Below are positions 20,112-33,348 of a stretch of 64,000 nt of DNA, piece by piece. A model generated the notes under the pieces. That model made no database searches. It saw nothing but the letters and a program-made list of their open reading frames with translations, and was not told the origin of the DNA. The stretch is from an uncultured Verrucomicrobiae bacterium (GTDB lineage Bacteria; Verrucomicrobiota; Verrucomicrobiia; Chthoniobacterales; UBA10450). Where the stretch lies: positions 384,001 to 448,000 of the forward strand of contig CAVTMK010000003.1 of the NCBI GenBank assembly GCA_963735805.1. The letters are read 5' to 3'. The number at the start of each line of letters is the position of its first letter. Within the stretch, counting starts at the first letter, position 1. The position numbers and the translations under genes were made by a program.

Positions 20112-21110
20112 ATGAAGCCTGCTTTGCGCATCGGCATCGTTGCAGCTGCACTTTGCGTGGCAGCGATGCTCGTGTGGCAGGGAGTTGCGGCACAGGGAGC
20201 ACCCGATCCGACCCGGCCCAACACCAGCCCGACGGTGGCGTTTCTAGACATCGGAGTCCTTGTCTTTCGCGAAGGACTGGAATGCATCCTGGTTCTGGCA
20301 GCGATCACTGCCAGCATGACGGGCGCCAAACGCACCCATCGTCGGCCAGTCGCGCTGGGCGCCGGCCTGGCGTTTGTCGCCAGCTTGGTAACGTGGTTCA
20401 TCGCAGTACGCATCGTCGGCTCACTTAGTGACAATATGTCGGCACTCGATTTGCAGGCCGCGACCGGGTTGCTGGCAGTCATCGTTTTGCTTGTCATCAT
20501 GAACTGGTTTTTCCACAAGATTTACTGGGGCGGCTGGATTCGCGCCCACAATCGTCGGCGCAAGGCGTTACTTGAAAACGCGCGCACAGCTGAAATCTCT
20601 CATCAGCGTCTCTGGCTTGGACTGATTTTGCTCGGATTCACCTCCCTGTATCGCGAAGGATTCGAAGTTGTGCTTTTTTTGCAAAGCTATCATCTGCGAC
20701 TGGGCGGAGGCGTTGTGTTGAAAGGCGCGCTGCTGGGCATTGTGCTAACGGGGCTGGTCGCGGTTCTGACCTTTGTCCTTCAACAACGTCTGCCATATCG
20801 CAAGATGCTGATCGCTACCGGTATTCTGCTCGGAGTCGTCTTGTTGGTAATGGTCGGTGAGCAAGCACAGGAAATGCAGCTAGCGCATTGGATTCCCACC
20901 ACTGAAATCAGCTCTCTGAAAAACTATATGCCGCCTTGGATGGGGCTCTGGTTTGCGGTGTTCCCGACTGTTGAAACACTGGTCGCTCAGTTTATTGCGG
21001 CCGCTTTAGTAATTGGCTCATACTTCGCTGCAAAACATTTTGGCGGCGGCGAATCTGGTGGAACTGCCGTGGAAGCCCCCGCCCCGAGGATGGCTGCAAT
21101 CAACGCTTAA
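20112..21110 (+). CDS. FTR1/EfeU family iron permease
   Basis: Two REGxE motifs (FREGLE, YREGFE); multiple TM helices. Confidence 0.9.
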   Translation: MKPALRIGIVAAALCVAAMLVWQGVAAQGAPDPTRPNTSPTVAFLDIGVLVFREGLECILVLAAITASMTGAKRTHRRPVALGAGLAFVASLVTWFIAVRIVGSLSDNMSALDLQAATGLLAVIVLLVIMNWFFHKIYWGGWIRAHNRRRKALLENARTAEISHQRLWLGLILLGFTSLYREGFEVVLFLQSYHLRLGGGVVLKGALLGIVLTGLVAVLTFVLQQRLPYRKMLIATGILLGVVLLVMVGEQAQEMQLAHWIPTTEISSLKNYMPPWMGLWFAVFPTVETLVAQFIAAALVIGSYFAAKHFGGGESGGTAVEAPAPRMAAINA

Positions 21111-21212
21111 CAGACATTCCGCGGCGCGCTGTGAAAATCTTCGCAGCAGCGTCGTTCCGTTCGCGAGCGCGATTCCAGTTGAACGAAGTCGCGCGCTTTT
21201 CACCTTAGGCGG

Positions 21213-24200
21213 ATGATTACGCCTCGTTGCCGTTATCTTTCGCTGGTCCAATTCGTTTTCGGCATTTCCGCGTTCCTTTTCCTATCTTCTCTTCGACCAG
21301 CTCCATCCCCTACTCCCGCCCCATCGGGAATGATTGATGAAAAATTGTTCAAAGGAATGCAGTGGCGACAGGTTGGACCATTTCGCGGAGGGCGCGCCCT
21401 GGCAATCGAAGGCGTGCCCGGGGAGCCGGACACTTTTTATTTTGGTGCGGTTGCGGGCGGGATATGGAAAACGACTGATGCCGGGGCGAATTGGACTCCT
21501 CTTTTTGACAAACAAGCTATTTCGTCAATCGGAGCAATCGCTGTCGCGCCGTCGGATCACAATGTGATCTATGCAGGCACGGGCGAAGCGGCCATCCGCG
21601 GCAATACGACTTATGGCACCGGAGTTTTCAAATCCATCGATGGCGGAAAGACATGGGAAAACGTTGGGTTAAAAGATAGCCGCCAAATCGGCGCATTAGT
21701 TGTCGATCCAAGAAATGAAAACGTTGTGCTCGTGGCGGCGCTGGGTCATGCGTTTGGTCCGAACGCAGAACGCGGAATATTTCGGACGGCGGACGGTGGG
21801 AAGACCTGGACGAAAGTTTTGTCTAAAGACGAAAACACCGGCGGGATCGATGCGGTTTTTGACCCGCATAATCCGAACATTGTTTTCGCTTCCTTGTGGC
21901 AGGCGCGACGGCAGCCGTGGTTTTTTTCAAGCGGCGGTCCAGGCAGCGGGCTTTATCGGTCTGAAGACAATGGCGTAACCTGGAAACGTCTTGAGGGCAA
22001 TGGCCTGCCTGAAGGAATCCTCGGAAGGATTGGCATCGCGGTTTCCGGCGCCGATTCCAACCGTGTTTATGCCATTATCGAAGCGAAGGAAGGCGGCCTT
22101 TATCGTTCTGATGATGCCGGACAACATTGGACGCGTGTAAATGATGACGGGCGCTTTCGTCAGCGCGCATGGTATTTCAGCAAGGTCTATGCTGATCCGA
22201 AATCCGCGGACACGGTTTATCTTGTGAACACTGGGTTGTTTCGATCGGTAGATGGCGGAAAAACCTTCAACTTGCTGCCAGCTCGTCACGGGGACCATCA
22301 CGGACTCTGGATCGATCCGCAAAATCCTAACCGGATCGCGAACGCCAATGATGGAGGCGCGAGTATCTCACTCGACGGGGGAAAGACATGGACGACTCAA
22401 AACAACCAGCCGACTGCGCAGTTTTACCACGTTTCCGTAGACAACGCTTTTCCGTATCACATTTATGGCGCGCAACAGGATAATACGAGCGTTGGCATCG
22501 CCAGTCGTACGGACTGGGGCGCAATCGGGCCCGCAGATTGGTTCACAGTCGGGAGCGGTGAGTGCGGTTTCGTTCTGGCTGATCCGCGCGATTGGCACAT
22601 CATCTATTCAAATTACGAAAACTCCATCGATCGTTACGACAAGAACCGGGAAGCAACGCAGGACGTCAGCGTCTTGCCTTTGGATAATTCGGGTCACGGA
22701 GCTGCCGATCTCATTCATCGCTTTCAGTGGGTGGCGCCGCTGACCCTTTCTCCACATAATCCCGATGTTTTGTACACCGGCGCAGAATGCGTTTTCAAAT
22801 CGACTGACCACGGGCAGAGCTGGACACAGATCAGCGGCGATTTAACGCGCAACGACAAATCGAAACAACAACCAAGCGGCGGGCCGCTGACTAACGACAT
22901 CACTTCAGTTGAATATTACGACACCGTCTTCGCGCTCGCGGAGTCGCCAGTAAAAAAAGGAACGCTCTGGGTCGGCACAGACGACGGACTTGTTCACGTA
23001 ACGACCGACGATGGACAGCACTGGTCGCAAGTCACGCCAAAGATGCCCGAGTGGAGCACAGTCAGCCTAATCGATCCGTCTCCGCATGACGCCAATAGTG
23101 CGTACGTCGCTGTCGATCGGCATAGACTCGATGATTTCAAGCCATACATTTTTAAAACGACGGATTTGGGAAAGACCTGGAGCGCGATTGTGACGGGAAT
23201 CCCTGATGGCGCTTATGTCCATGCTGCGCGCGAGGATCCTAAGAAATGCGGATTGCTCTATGCGGGCACGGAGCTCGGAGCTTTTGTTTCGTTTGATGAC
23301 GGCACGCATTGGCAGCCACTGCAATTGAATCTTCCGGTCTCGCCCATCCACGACTTGGTCGTAAAGGATGACGATCTCGTCGTGGCAACCCATGGCCGTT
23401 CGTTCTGGGTATTGGATGACCTTACGCCGCTGCGTCAGGTCGGCGCACAATCTGGCCAGACTGATATGGTCCTTTATCAACCGCAAAACGCAGTGCGTTT
23501 GCATTACCCCGAGGAGTACGACAAGCGCCAGCCAGTCGGTGACAACCCCCCGCCGGGTGCAATCATTAATTACTATTTCAAAACCGCACCGAAAGACGAG
23601 GTCTCGCTCGATATTCTGGATGCTTCGGGCAAAGTCGTCAGGCATCTTTCCAGCAAAGAGAAAAAAGAAAGTGAGCAGCCGCCTGAGTGGCCGGATCGCG
23701 TGGAGCGAGCAAAAACAATTCCCGCAAATGAAGGGATGAATCGCTTTGCGTGGGATCTGCGCTTCGATGATCCTATTCAGATCCCCGGTGCATTTTACTC
23801 TGGTGTTGGACCGAGAGGGCCACTCGCGCCACCTGGCGATTATCAGGTGAAGTTGACCGTCGGCGGGAAGGCGAAGAGCGCGCCGCTGCATCTGGCGATT
23901 GATCCGCGAAACAAGGGCGCCGAGGCCGCCGTACAAAAGCAATTTGCTTTGGCGACACAGGTCAATGATTCGATGTCGCGATTGCATCAGGCGGTTAACG
24001 AAATCCGCGATCTGAGGTCGCAGATTCAAACGTTGCACAAACGGTTCGGCGACGATCCCAAGTTAAAACCGGCTTTCGCGGCGGCAGACGATCTCGACCA
24101 CAAAATGTCGGAAATCGAACAGAAACTTACTCAGGTAAACATGAAAGGCTCGGAAGCCAACCTTGCCTTCCCCGATATGCTGAATGAGCGCTTTGAAACA

Positions 24201-24401
24201 TTCAGCCACACAATCGAGTCTGGTGATACGGAGCCTACCCAGGGACAACTTAATGTTTTCCAAATGTTAAGCACTCAGTTGGAAGAGCAGTTAAGGAAAT
24301 GGGCGCAACTGAAAGCCGAAGACGTCTCGACGGTAAGCGAATTGATAAAGCAAGCCAACCTGCCTGCGCTCATCATCTCGCAGCCGAAGAAAAGTGGGTA
24401 G
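21213..24401 (+). CDS. VPS10/sortilin-like BNR (Asp-box) repeat glycosyl hydrolase-like protein
   Basis: WRQVGPFRGGR start; many S/T-x-D-G-G-x-T-W Asp boxes; HGDHH; C-terminal coiled coil. Confidence 0.88.
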   Translation: MITPRCRYLSLVQFVFGISAFLFLSSLRPAPSPTPAPSGMIDEKLFKGMQWRQVGPFRGGRALAIEGVPGEPDTFYFGAVAGGIWKTTDAGANWTPLFDKQAISSIGAIAVAPSDHNVIYAGTGEAAIRGNTTYGTGVFKSIDGGKTWENVGLKDSRQIGALVVDPRNENVVLVAALGHAFGPNAERGIFRTADGGKTWTKVLSKDENTGGIDAVFDPHNPNIVFASLWQARRQPWFFSSGGPGSGLYRSEDNGVTWKRLEGNGLPEGILGRIGIAVSGADSNRVYAIIEAKEGGLYRSDDAGQHWTRVNDDGRFRQRAWYFSKVYADPKSADTVYLVNTGLFRSVDGGKTFNLLPARHGDHHGLWIDPQNPNRIANANDGGASISLDGGKTWTTQNNQPTAQFYHVSVDNAFPYHIYGAQQDNTSVGIASRTDWGAIGPADWFTVGSGECGFVLADPRDWHIIYSNYENSIDRYDKNREATQDVSVLPLDNSGHGAADLIHRFQWVAPLTLSPHNPDVLYTGAECVFKSTDHGQSWTQISGDLTRNDKSKQQPSGGPLTNDITSVEYYDTVFALAESPVKKGTLWVGTDDGLVHVTTDDGQHWSQVTPKMPEWSTVSLIDPSPHDANSAYVAVDRHRLDDFKPYIFKTTDLGKTWSAIVTGIPDGAYVHAAREDPKKCGLLYAGTELGAFVSFDDGTHWQPLQLNLPVSPIHDLVVKDDDLVVATHGRSFWVLDDLTPLRQVGAQSGQTDMVLYQPQNAVRLHYPEEYDKRQPVGDNPPPGAIINYYFKTAPKDEVSLDILDASGKVVRHLSSKEKKESEQPPEWPDRVERAKTIPANEGMNRFAWDLRFDDPIQIPGAFYSGVGPRGPLAPPGDYQVKLTVGGKAKSAPLHLAIDPRNKGAEAAVQKQFALATQVNDSMSRLHQAVNEIRDLRSQIQTLHKRFGDDPKLKPAFAAADDLDHKMSEIEQKLTQVNMKGSEANLAFPDMLNERFETFSHTIESGDTEPTQGQLNVFQMLSTQLEEQLRKWAQLKAEDVSTVSELIKQANLPALIISQPKKSG

Positions 24402-24469
24402 CACTTGGATGGCGAAGCTCCGCAACCCTGGCCGAGAAGTGTTGAACGTGCAATGAGCCAGCCACCGAT

Positions 24470-25189
24470 ATGACCAAGATTGATAAAGGGGTCGTGCTGG
24501 CAGCCGGGCGCGGCACACGCATGCGCGAACTCACCGCCGATTTTCCCAAACCGATGATAGAGGTGCGCGGTAAGCCGGTTTTGCAGCACATTCTAGAAGG
24601 GCTTCGCGATGCAGGCGTGCGCCAAATTTTACTTATTGTGGGTTATCATGCCGACACAGTGCGAAATTTTTTCGGTGATGGTGCGCGCACCAATGTCGAC
24701 ATCGAATACGTCATACAAACCGTGCAGGATGGCACTGGCCGTGTTGTCAATCTTGCCCGTAACTTCACTGGTGGCTCGCCGTTCGTTTTGAGCTATGGCG
24801 ATATTTTGATGAGCCCGGCGAACTACAAGCGCGTCGTAAATCTTTCTAACAATCTCGAAGGGTCCATCACGGTTACCCGTGGTGAAGATGTCAGCAAGGG
24901 CGGCGCCGTTTTTGTGAACGAGCAAATGGAGCTCGTCGATCTTCGAGAAAAACCAAAGCCAGGCGAACCAACAAGTCCCTGGTATAACGCCGGTCTATAC
25001 GCATTTCGGTCAAGCATTTTCGAATTCATCGCCAGATTGAAACCATCGCCGCGCGGGGAGTACGAACTCACAGACGCAGTCCGCGATCTTGCGCGTTCGG
25101 GCAGGAAGGTAAAAGTGCTCGAGCTAACTGGTGATTGGGCGGACGTCCGCGATCCTGAAATTCTAAGGAAGTTGAATCAACGTTTATAG
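24470..25189 (+). CDS. Sugar-phosphate nucleotidyltransferase
   Basis: LAAGRGTRM, PKPM, EKP, RGEYELTDA. Confidence 0.9.
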   Translation: MTKIDKGVVLAAGRGTRMRELTADFPKPMIEVRGKPVLQHILEGLRDAGVRQILLIVGYHADTVRNFFGDGARTNVDIEYVIQTVQDGTGRVVNLARNFTGGSPFVLSYGDILMSPANYKRVVNLSNNLEGSITVTRGEDVSKGGAVFVNEQMELVDLREKPKPGEPTSPWYNAGLYAFRSSIFEFIARLKPSPRGEYELTDAVRDLARSGRKVKVLELTGDWADVRDPEILRKLNQRL

Positions 25190-25217
25190 GAAGGCGCGCC
25201 ACCTACCGCGCAGACCC

Positions 25218-26045
25218 TCATCGCGATTGTTCGGCAGCCTCTTCGGATGGTTCTTCGCCGATTTCTTCTTCAATTTCACGACGCCAGTCGCGCGAGAGCC
25301 AGGAGCGCAGCAAGCCATAAAGCAGATACGCAAGGAAAAGCACCGCCGGCATCCACTCATAGTTAAGCACGGTAAAAATGACAACCAGGATGATGATAAG
25401 AAAACGCGGAATCGATTTCTTGGTCTTCCAGTTAAGCGCTTTGAAACTCGGATACTGAAACCGGCTGAACATCATGAAAGAAAGAAAGAGCAGTAAGGGA
25501 GGCAGAACGAAGCGCCAGTTACCGAGGCGATGTGTGCCCTCAGCCAGCCAAAGGAGAAACAGTGTGATCGACGCAATCAAACCCGCCGCGGCGGGAATAG
25601 GAAAACCCGTGAACGTGTGTTGGTGATTCGCACCGTTATGTTTCGCTGCCGCAGAATTAAAACGGGCCAGCCGAAGTGCTCCGCAGGTCAGGTAAATAAA
25701 CGCAATGATCCAACACGCGCGCGGGAACTCCTGCAACACGACCCGATAGACCATCAACGCAGGAGCAAGCCCGAATGATACAATATCAGCGAGCGAATCG
25801 AACTCGCGACCGAATGGACTTTCGTGCCCGCCCAAACGAGCAAGGCGCCCGTCTAGAAAATCAAAAACAAACGCGCCGAGGACAAACCAAATAGCGATGT
25901 GAAAAAGATCGCTGGCTGCATCGGGATTGGACGCCTGTAACAGCGCGCCCTCAAGAATTTTCAAGACTGCCGTAAATCCGCAAAACAGATTTCCTGCCGT
26001 CATTAAATTTGGCAAAAGATAAATTTTGGACGGTTGTTCGTTCAT
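25218..26045 (-). CDS. pssA: CDP-diacylglycerol--serine O-phosphatidyltransferase
   Basis: LPNLMT, DFLDGRLAR...GREFDSLAD, LRLARFN; TGATG coupling to psd. Confidence 0.93.
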   Translation of the reverse strand: MNEQPSKIYLLPNLMTAGNLFCGFTAVLKILEGALLQASNPDAASDLFHIAIWFVLGAFVFDFLDGRLARLGGHESPFGREFDSLADIVSFGLAPALMVYRVVLQEFPRACWIIAFIYLTCGALRLARFNSAAAKHNGANHQHTFTGFPIPAAAGLIASITLFLLWLAEGTHRLGNWRFVLPPLLLFLSFMMFSRFQYPSFKALNWKTKKSIPRFLIIILVVIFTVLNYEWMPAVLFLAYLLYGLLRSWLSRDWRREIEEEIGEEPSEEAAEQSR

Positions 26046-26689
26046 CACTGGGGTAGGCGCGCGATGATTGTGGATCCTCCAGAAACGTGATCGCCTCTTT
26101 TTACAAAGACTTCGGCTTCGAGCGGTAAATATAATTCCGTGCGCGAACCGAAGCGAATCATCCCGAAGCGTTCTCCTTTTTTCAATTCATCTCCCACGCG
26201 CGCCCAAGCCACGATGCGCCTGGCAATCGCGCCGGTTAGTTGCCTAACGACAATCGTTACTCGTGGATTTTCGAACGCCCATGTCATTGCTTCATTTTTC
26301 TCCGTACAATCTGGATCCCGAGCATCGAGACAGAGACCTTCGTGGTGCTGACGATAAATGATGCGTCCATCGATTGGCGCTCGATTTGTGTGAACATCGA
26401 AGATTGATAAGAAAATTCCCACGCGCCGCGTTTTTGTTTTGAGAACTTCCTTCTCATCCAAATCAACAATGTCGCTTACCCTGCCATCAGCCGGAGCAAC
26501 AATCAGTCTCGGATCTGCCAGCACAGGACGATCCGGGTCCCGAAAAAAGGCGATCGTGAAGAAAAAAAGCACCAAAAAGACCAGCGACAACCATACCGAA
26601 ATAAACCAGGACACCACGATAGCGAACGTCAGAATCAGAAAAATCCAGCGTGCTTCTAAAATCGTTTGCGCGCGCATCAAGGATCGCAT
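26045..26689 (-). CDS. psd: Phosphatidylserine decarboxylase
   Basis: FFRDPDR, APADG, DVHTNRAP, FGSR autocleavage motif. Confidence 0.93.
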   Translation of the reverse strand: MRSLMRAQTILEARWIFLILTFAIVVSWFISVWLSLVFLVLFFFTIAFFRDPDRPVLADPRLIVAPADGRVSDIVDLDEKEVLKTKTRRVGIFLSIFDVHTNRAPIDGRIIYRQHHEGLCLDARDPDCTEKNEAMTWAFENPRVTIVVRQLTGAIARRIVAWARVGDELKKGERFGMIRFGSRTELYLPLEAEVFVKRGDHVSGGSTIIARLPQ

Positions 26690-26898
26690 TTTCCGAGTTT
26701 AAAATCGCATGGTCAAGTAGTGAGAAATATGCTTTCAAGAGCGCTCGTTCCGGGTCCAACGAGCGGATACAATATCTTGAGCTTGACCCGGCCCTGGCAC
26801 CCTACCCCTAGCGCTATCAACGGGGAATGACCTACGAGATATTAGTTGTTTATCGCCACATTTTGGGTATCCTCTTACCAAGGTCTTTTCGCCCTTAA

Positions 26899-29472
<2,574 letters not shown>

Positions 29473-29478
29473 TCCAAG

Positions 29479-30258
29479 ATGGGGGGGTTGTTTCACAAAC
29501 TACGCCATCCGCGACGCTGTTATGTTGTCTGCACAATTCCGCGTTCGGGTAGCAATTTGTTGACGGACGGCTTGCGCGCCACTCGCCAGGCGGGCATGCC
29601 GAAACAATTCTTCCTCCCAAAATCGGAAGCTCTCTACGGTGCCGAGCTTGGACTGGATCCGGATACTGACTATCCGGGTTATGTGCGCGGCGTCATTAAT
29701 TCGAAAACGACTCACAATAGGGTTTTCGGCTTTAAATTAATGAGCTGGTATCTCGACGAGTTCCTTGTTCGACTACGAGATACGCGCGCATTTGGCGACG
29801 CAGAGACGGATGATCTCACTATGTTGCGAAAGGCTTTTCCGTGCCTTCGCTTTTTGCACATCGTCCGGCGCCACAAACTGCGACAAGCACTGTCCACGGC
29901 ACGAGCTCTTCAGACCGGTCTCTGGAAAGTACAGGAGGGAAAAGCCGCGTCGAGAGAACCGCAATTCGATGCCGAGTTAATCGAGCAATCTCTAAAGGAA
30001 GCCGAACGACAGGAAATGATCTGGCACAGTTTTTTTCGCCGAACCGGTGTTGCTCCGTTCCAGGTCGAATACGAAGAATTGTGCCGGGATTATGAGTCAA
30101 CGATCCACGGCGTGCTGGATTTCTTGCAAATTTCGCTGCCCGACGGCGCGCAGATCGGCCCTCCGGTGACAATCAGGCAAGCCGACGAACTATCACGAAT
30201 CTGGGAAGAGCGTTTCCTTACCGAGCGTCCTTTCGTGTACTCGCCCGCGACTGGCTAG
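29479..30258 (+). CDS. Stf0-family sulfotransferase
   Basis: PRSGSNLL PAPS loop, FGFKLM, R..K.RQALS..RA.QTG.W, YEEL. Confidence 0.85.
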   Translation: MGGLFHKLRHPRRCYVVCTIPRSGSNLLTDGLRATRQAGMPKQFFLPKSEALYGAELGLDPDTDYPGYVRGVINSKTTHNRVFGFKLMSWYLDEFLVRLRDTRAFGDAETDDLTMLRKAFPCLRFLHIVRRHKLRQALSTARALQTGLWKVQEGKAASREPQFDAELIEQSLKEAERQEMIWHSFFRRTGVAPFQVEYEELCRDYESTIHGVLDFLQISLPDGAQIGPPVTIRQADELSRIWEERFLTERPFVYSPATG

Positions 30259-30268
30259 AACTAAAACC

Positions 30269-32866
30269 ATGCTTAACCCAAACGAGAAAATTGAGCCGAT
30301 AAACGTAGCCGAGGAAGTATCGAGGTCGTTCCTCGATTACTCGATGTCGGTCATCATTTCACGCGCGTTGCCGGACGCGCGCGACGGACTGAAACCATCG
30401 CAACGCAGAATTCTCTACGCGATGCACGATCTTTCTCTCTTTCCGGGCCGACAACATCGCAAATGCGCGAAGATTTGCGGTGACACCAGCGGTAATTACC
30501 ATCCGCACGGAGAAGCGGTGATTTATCCAACGCTCGTTCACATGGCGCAGCCGTGGGCGATGCGTGAGACGCTAGTCAATGGCCAGGGTAACTTCGGCTC
30601 GGTCGAAGGCGATCCCCCTGCGGCGATGCGTTATACCGAAGCGCGCATGACACATCTGGGCGCCGCGCTCATGACCGATATGGATAAGGACACGGTCGAT
30701 TTCGTCCCAAATTACGACGAGACCCGTACCGAGCCGACTGTTTTCCCGGCTGCTTTTCCGAATCTGCTGGTTAACGGCGGAACCGGCATCGCGGTGGGCA
30801 TGGCGACCAATATTCCGCCACACAATCTGATCGAAGTAATCGACGGAATCTGCGCGCAAATCGATGATCCAGACATCACCCTCGAGGGGCTGATGAAACA
30901 CGTGAAAGGGCCGGATTTTCCCACAGGCTGCGCGATCTGCGGCGTGTCGGGAATCAAGCAATACCTCGAGGCGGGCCGAGGCAGTATGAAGGTGCGCGGC
31001 AAGGCCGGCATCGAAGAGATCAAGGGGGGCAGGGAACAAATCGTCATCACCGAAATTCCATACAACGTCAATCGTGCCACGCTTGTGGAACGCATCGCGT
31101 CGCTAGTGAACGAAAAAGTACTGACGGACATCAGCGCCGTTCGCGACGAGTCCGATGAAAATACACGCGTGGTTATCGAGCTGAAGCGTGATGCCAATCC
31201 GAAAGTCATTATCAACAATCTCTACAAGCACACCGCGATGGAAAGCTCCTTCGCGGTCATTATGCTCGCGATTGATCATGGCCGGCCCAAACTTCTTTCG
31301 CTTAAGGAAGCGAACGCCTGCTATATTGAGCACCGGCGTGAAGTTGTACTGCGCCGCACCCGCTTCGAATTGCGTAAGGCGGAGGAGCGTGCCGAAACGC
31401 TCGAGGGTTACCTAATCGCACTCGCCAATCTCGACGAATTCCTTCGGATCATTCGGGGATCAGCTAGTCGCGATGAAGCGCGAGTGAAATTGCTTGCCTT
31501 CGAATTCACCAAGCGCCAGGTCGAGCAGATCGGCATATTGATTCGAAGCGAGACCCGCCTGACGAACGGCCGCTACGCATTCAGCGAACAGCAGGCTGAC
31601 GAAATCCTCAATCTTCGGCTGTATCAGCTCACCGGGCTCGAGCGCGAAAAGATCGATAAGGAATACAAAGAACTGATCGAATCGATCAAAGATCTCCGGG
31701 ACATCCTGGCCAAAGAGCAACGTGTTTTCACCATCATCAAAAAGGAACTCCGCGAAATTCGCGACAAGTACGGATCGCCCCGCCTGACGGAGCTCGTGCC
31801 GGATCAAGCCGAGATTAACATGGAAGACCTCATCGCCAACGAAGGCTGCATTATCAGCATCACACATGGCGGCTTTATCAAACGCACAGCGGTCAGCGCG
31901 TTTCGGGCGCAGAAACGCGGTGGCAAAGGTGTGATCGGCATGCAAACGCGCGAAGGCGCCACAGAAGAAGAGGAAGGTGATTTTGTAGAGCATCTCTTCA
32001 CTGCGACGACACACGATTACCTCATGTTTTTCACGGCGGCGGGACGCGCCTACGTGGAAAAAGTTTACGAAATTCCCGAGATGGGTCGCGCCGCCAAGGG
32101 ACGCTCAATCGCGAATATTCTCGAGCTGAAGCCAGATGAAAAAATCGCGGCAACGATCCGTATTCAATCCAAAAAATCCGGAACCGGATCGAACGCTGTC
32201 GATCAAACGTGGGATGAAAATTTCCACATCGTCTTCGCCACACAATCCGGCATTGTTAAGAAATCGAATCTTTCCGATTACGCGAATGTTCGCCGGGGCG
32301 GCATCATCGCCATTCAAATCGAGGACGGCGACCGGTTGATTGACGCGAAACTAACAAATGGCAACAACGAGATCGTGCTCATCACAAAGGATGGAATGAG
32401 TCTCCGATTTCACGAAGAACAACTGCGCGATCAAGGACGGAACACTGTTGGCGTCTGGGGAATTCGCCCTGAAAAAGGCGATCACGTCGTGGCCATCGCC
32501 ATTGTCGATCCAAACGCAATGCTGCTGGTGGCCGGCGAAAATGGAATTGGCAAACGCACGCGGTTCGATGATTACCGGCGACAATCGCGCGGCGGCAAGG
32601 GTATCATCACCATGAAAACCGGTGAGAAAACCGGCGAGGTGGTTGGAGCGCTCACTGTTCGCGATACTGATGAAATCATGCTCATCACGAACAAGGGTCA
32701 GATGGTGCGCACGCGAGTCAAAGAAATTCGCGAAACCGGCCGAAATACGATGGGCGTAAAATTAATGGATCTACGCAACAGCGAAAAACTTCAAGCGATC
32801 GCGCCCGTAGTCAGCCAGGCTGAAGAAGAAGCCCAAACCGCCGAAGCGGTAACTGAAAAGTCTTAG
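30269..32866 (+). CDS. gyrA: DNA gyrase subunit A
   Basis: RALPDARDGLKP, YHPHG, AAMRYTE, GyrA-box QKRGGKG. Confidence 0.97.
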   Translation: MLNPNEKIEPINVAEEVSRSFLDYSMSVIISRALPDARDGLKPSQRRILYAMHDLSLFPGRQHRKCAKICGDTSGNYHPHGEAVIYPTLVHMAQPWAMRETLVNGQGNFGSVEGDPPAAMRYTEARMTHLGAALMTDMDKDTVDFVPNYDETRTEPTVFPAAFPNLLVNGGTGIAVGMATNIPPHNLIEVIDGICAQIDDPDITLEGLMKHVKGPDFPTGCAICGVSGIKQYLEAGRGSMKVRGKAGIEEIKGGREQIVITEIPYNVNRATLVERIASLVNEKVLTDISAVRDESDENTRVVIELKRDANPKVIINNLYKHTAMESSFAVIMLAIDHGRPKLLSLKEANACYIEHRREVVLRRTRFELRKAEERAETLEGYLIALANLDEFLRIIRGSASRDEARVKLLAFEFTKRQVEQIGILIRSETRLTNGRYAFSEQQADEILNLRLYQLTGLEREKIDKEYKELIESIKDLRDILAKEQRVFTIIKKELREIRDKYGSPRLTELVPDQAEINMEDLIANEGCIISITHGGFIKRTAVSAFRAQKRGGKGVIGMQTREGATEEEEGDFVEHLFTATTHDYLMFFTAAGRAYVEKVYEIPEMGRAAKGRSIANILELKPDEKIAATIRIQSKKSGTGSNAVDQTWDENFHIVFATQSGIVKKSNLSDYANVRRGGIIAIQIEDGDRLIDAKLTNGNNEIVLITKDGMSLRFHEEQLRDQGRNTVGVWGIRPEKGDHVVAIAIVDPNAMLLVAGENGIGKRTRFDDYRRQSRGGKGIITMKTGEKTGEVVGALTVRDTDEIMLITNKGQMVRTRVKEIRETGRNTMGVKLMDLRNSEKLQAIAPVVSQAEEEAQTAEAVTEKS

Positions 32867-32951
32867 AGTAACGGGCACACCTTGCCCATTCTGAGAACGA
32901 CTCATCAAACGACGCCCGGTATTTCACCGCAGGATGCCGGGGCCACGCCGA

Positions 32952-33125
32952 TTAATAGCCGCCCATTTGGTGCGTAGTCGTTGTCGTTGTTTGTGTCGGC
33001 GGTGGCACCGGCGTTGTGACTGTAGTCTGGCGCGTTGTGGTCGTACTCGTCTCAGGGCTGGAGCAGGAAACCAGCGTGAGGACAAAAACAGAAAGCACCG
33101 AACCAAGTATGATCGTTTTTTTCAT
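32952..33125 (-). CDS. Small Thr-rich lipoprotein (57 aa)
   Basis: MKK + hydrophobic stretch + LVSC lipobox, then a Thr/Pro-rich tail. Confidence 0.65.
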   Translation of the reverse strand: MKKTIILGSVLSVFVLTLVSCSSPETSTTTTRQTTVTTPVPPPTQTTTTTTHQMGGY

Positions 33126-33348
33126 AAGATGAATTGTTTCTTGAAGACAATTCGTCGCAAGTGCCATCGCCAGACGTATTAAAGCGAAGAATTCTTCTTT
33201 TTGGCGATGCTAACAATCAGTTACGATTCTCAACGTGCCTCACCCGGGACGGACCTGGATTCCGTTTTCGCGGCGCTAATTTTGATTGGCCGAAAATTAA
33301 GTTGTCCGCAACAGAATCAAAAGGCTTACAAGATCTGCTGCGGTAAGG

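Noticed and set aside
23067..24038. 323-aa antisense ORF within the BNR-repeat gene (and similar ORFs within gyrA/gyrB)
   Set aside because: Fully overlaps well-supported genes and has no recognisable motifs
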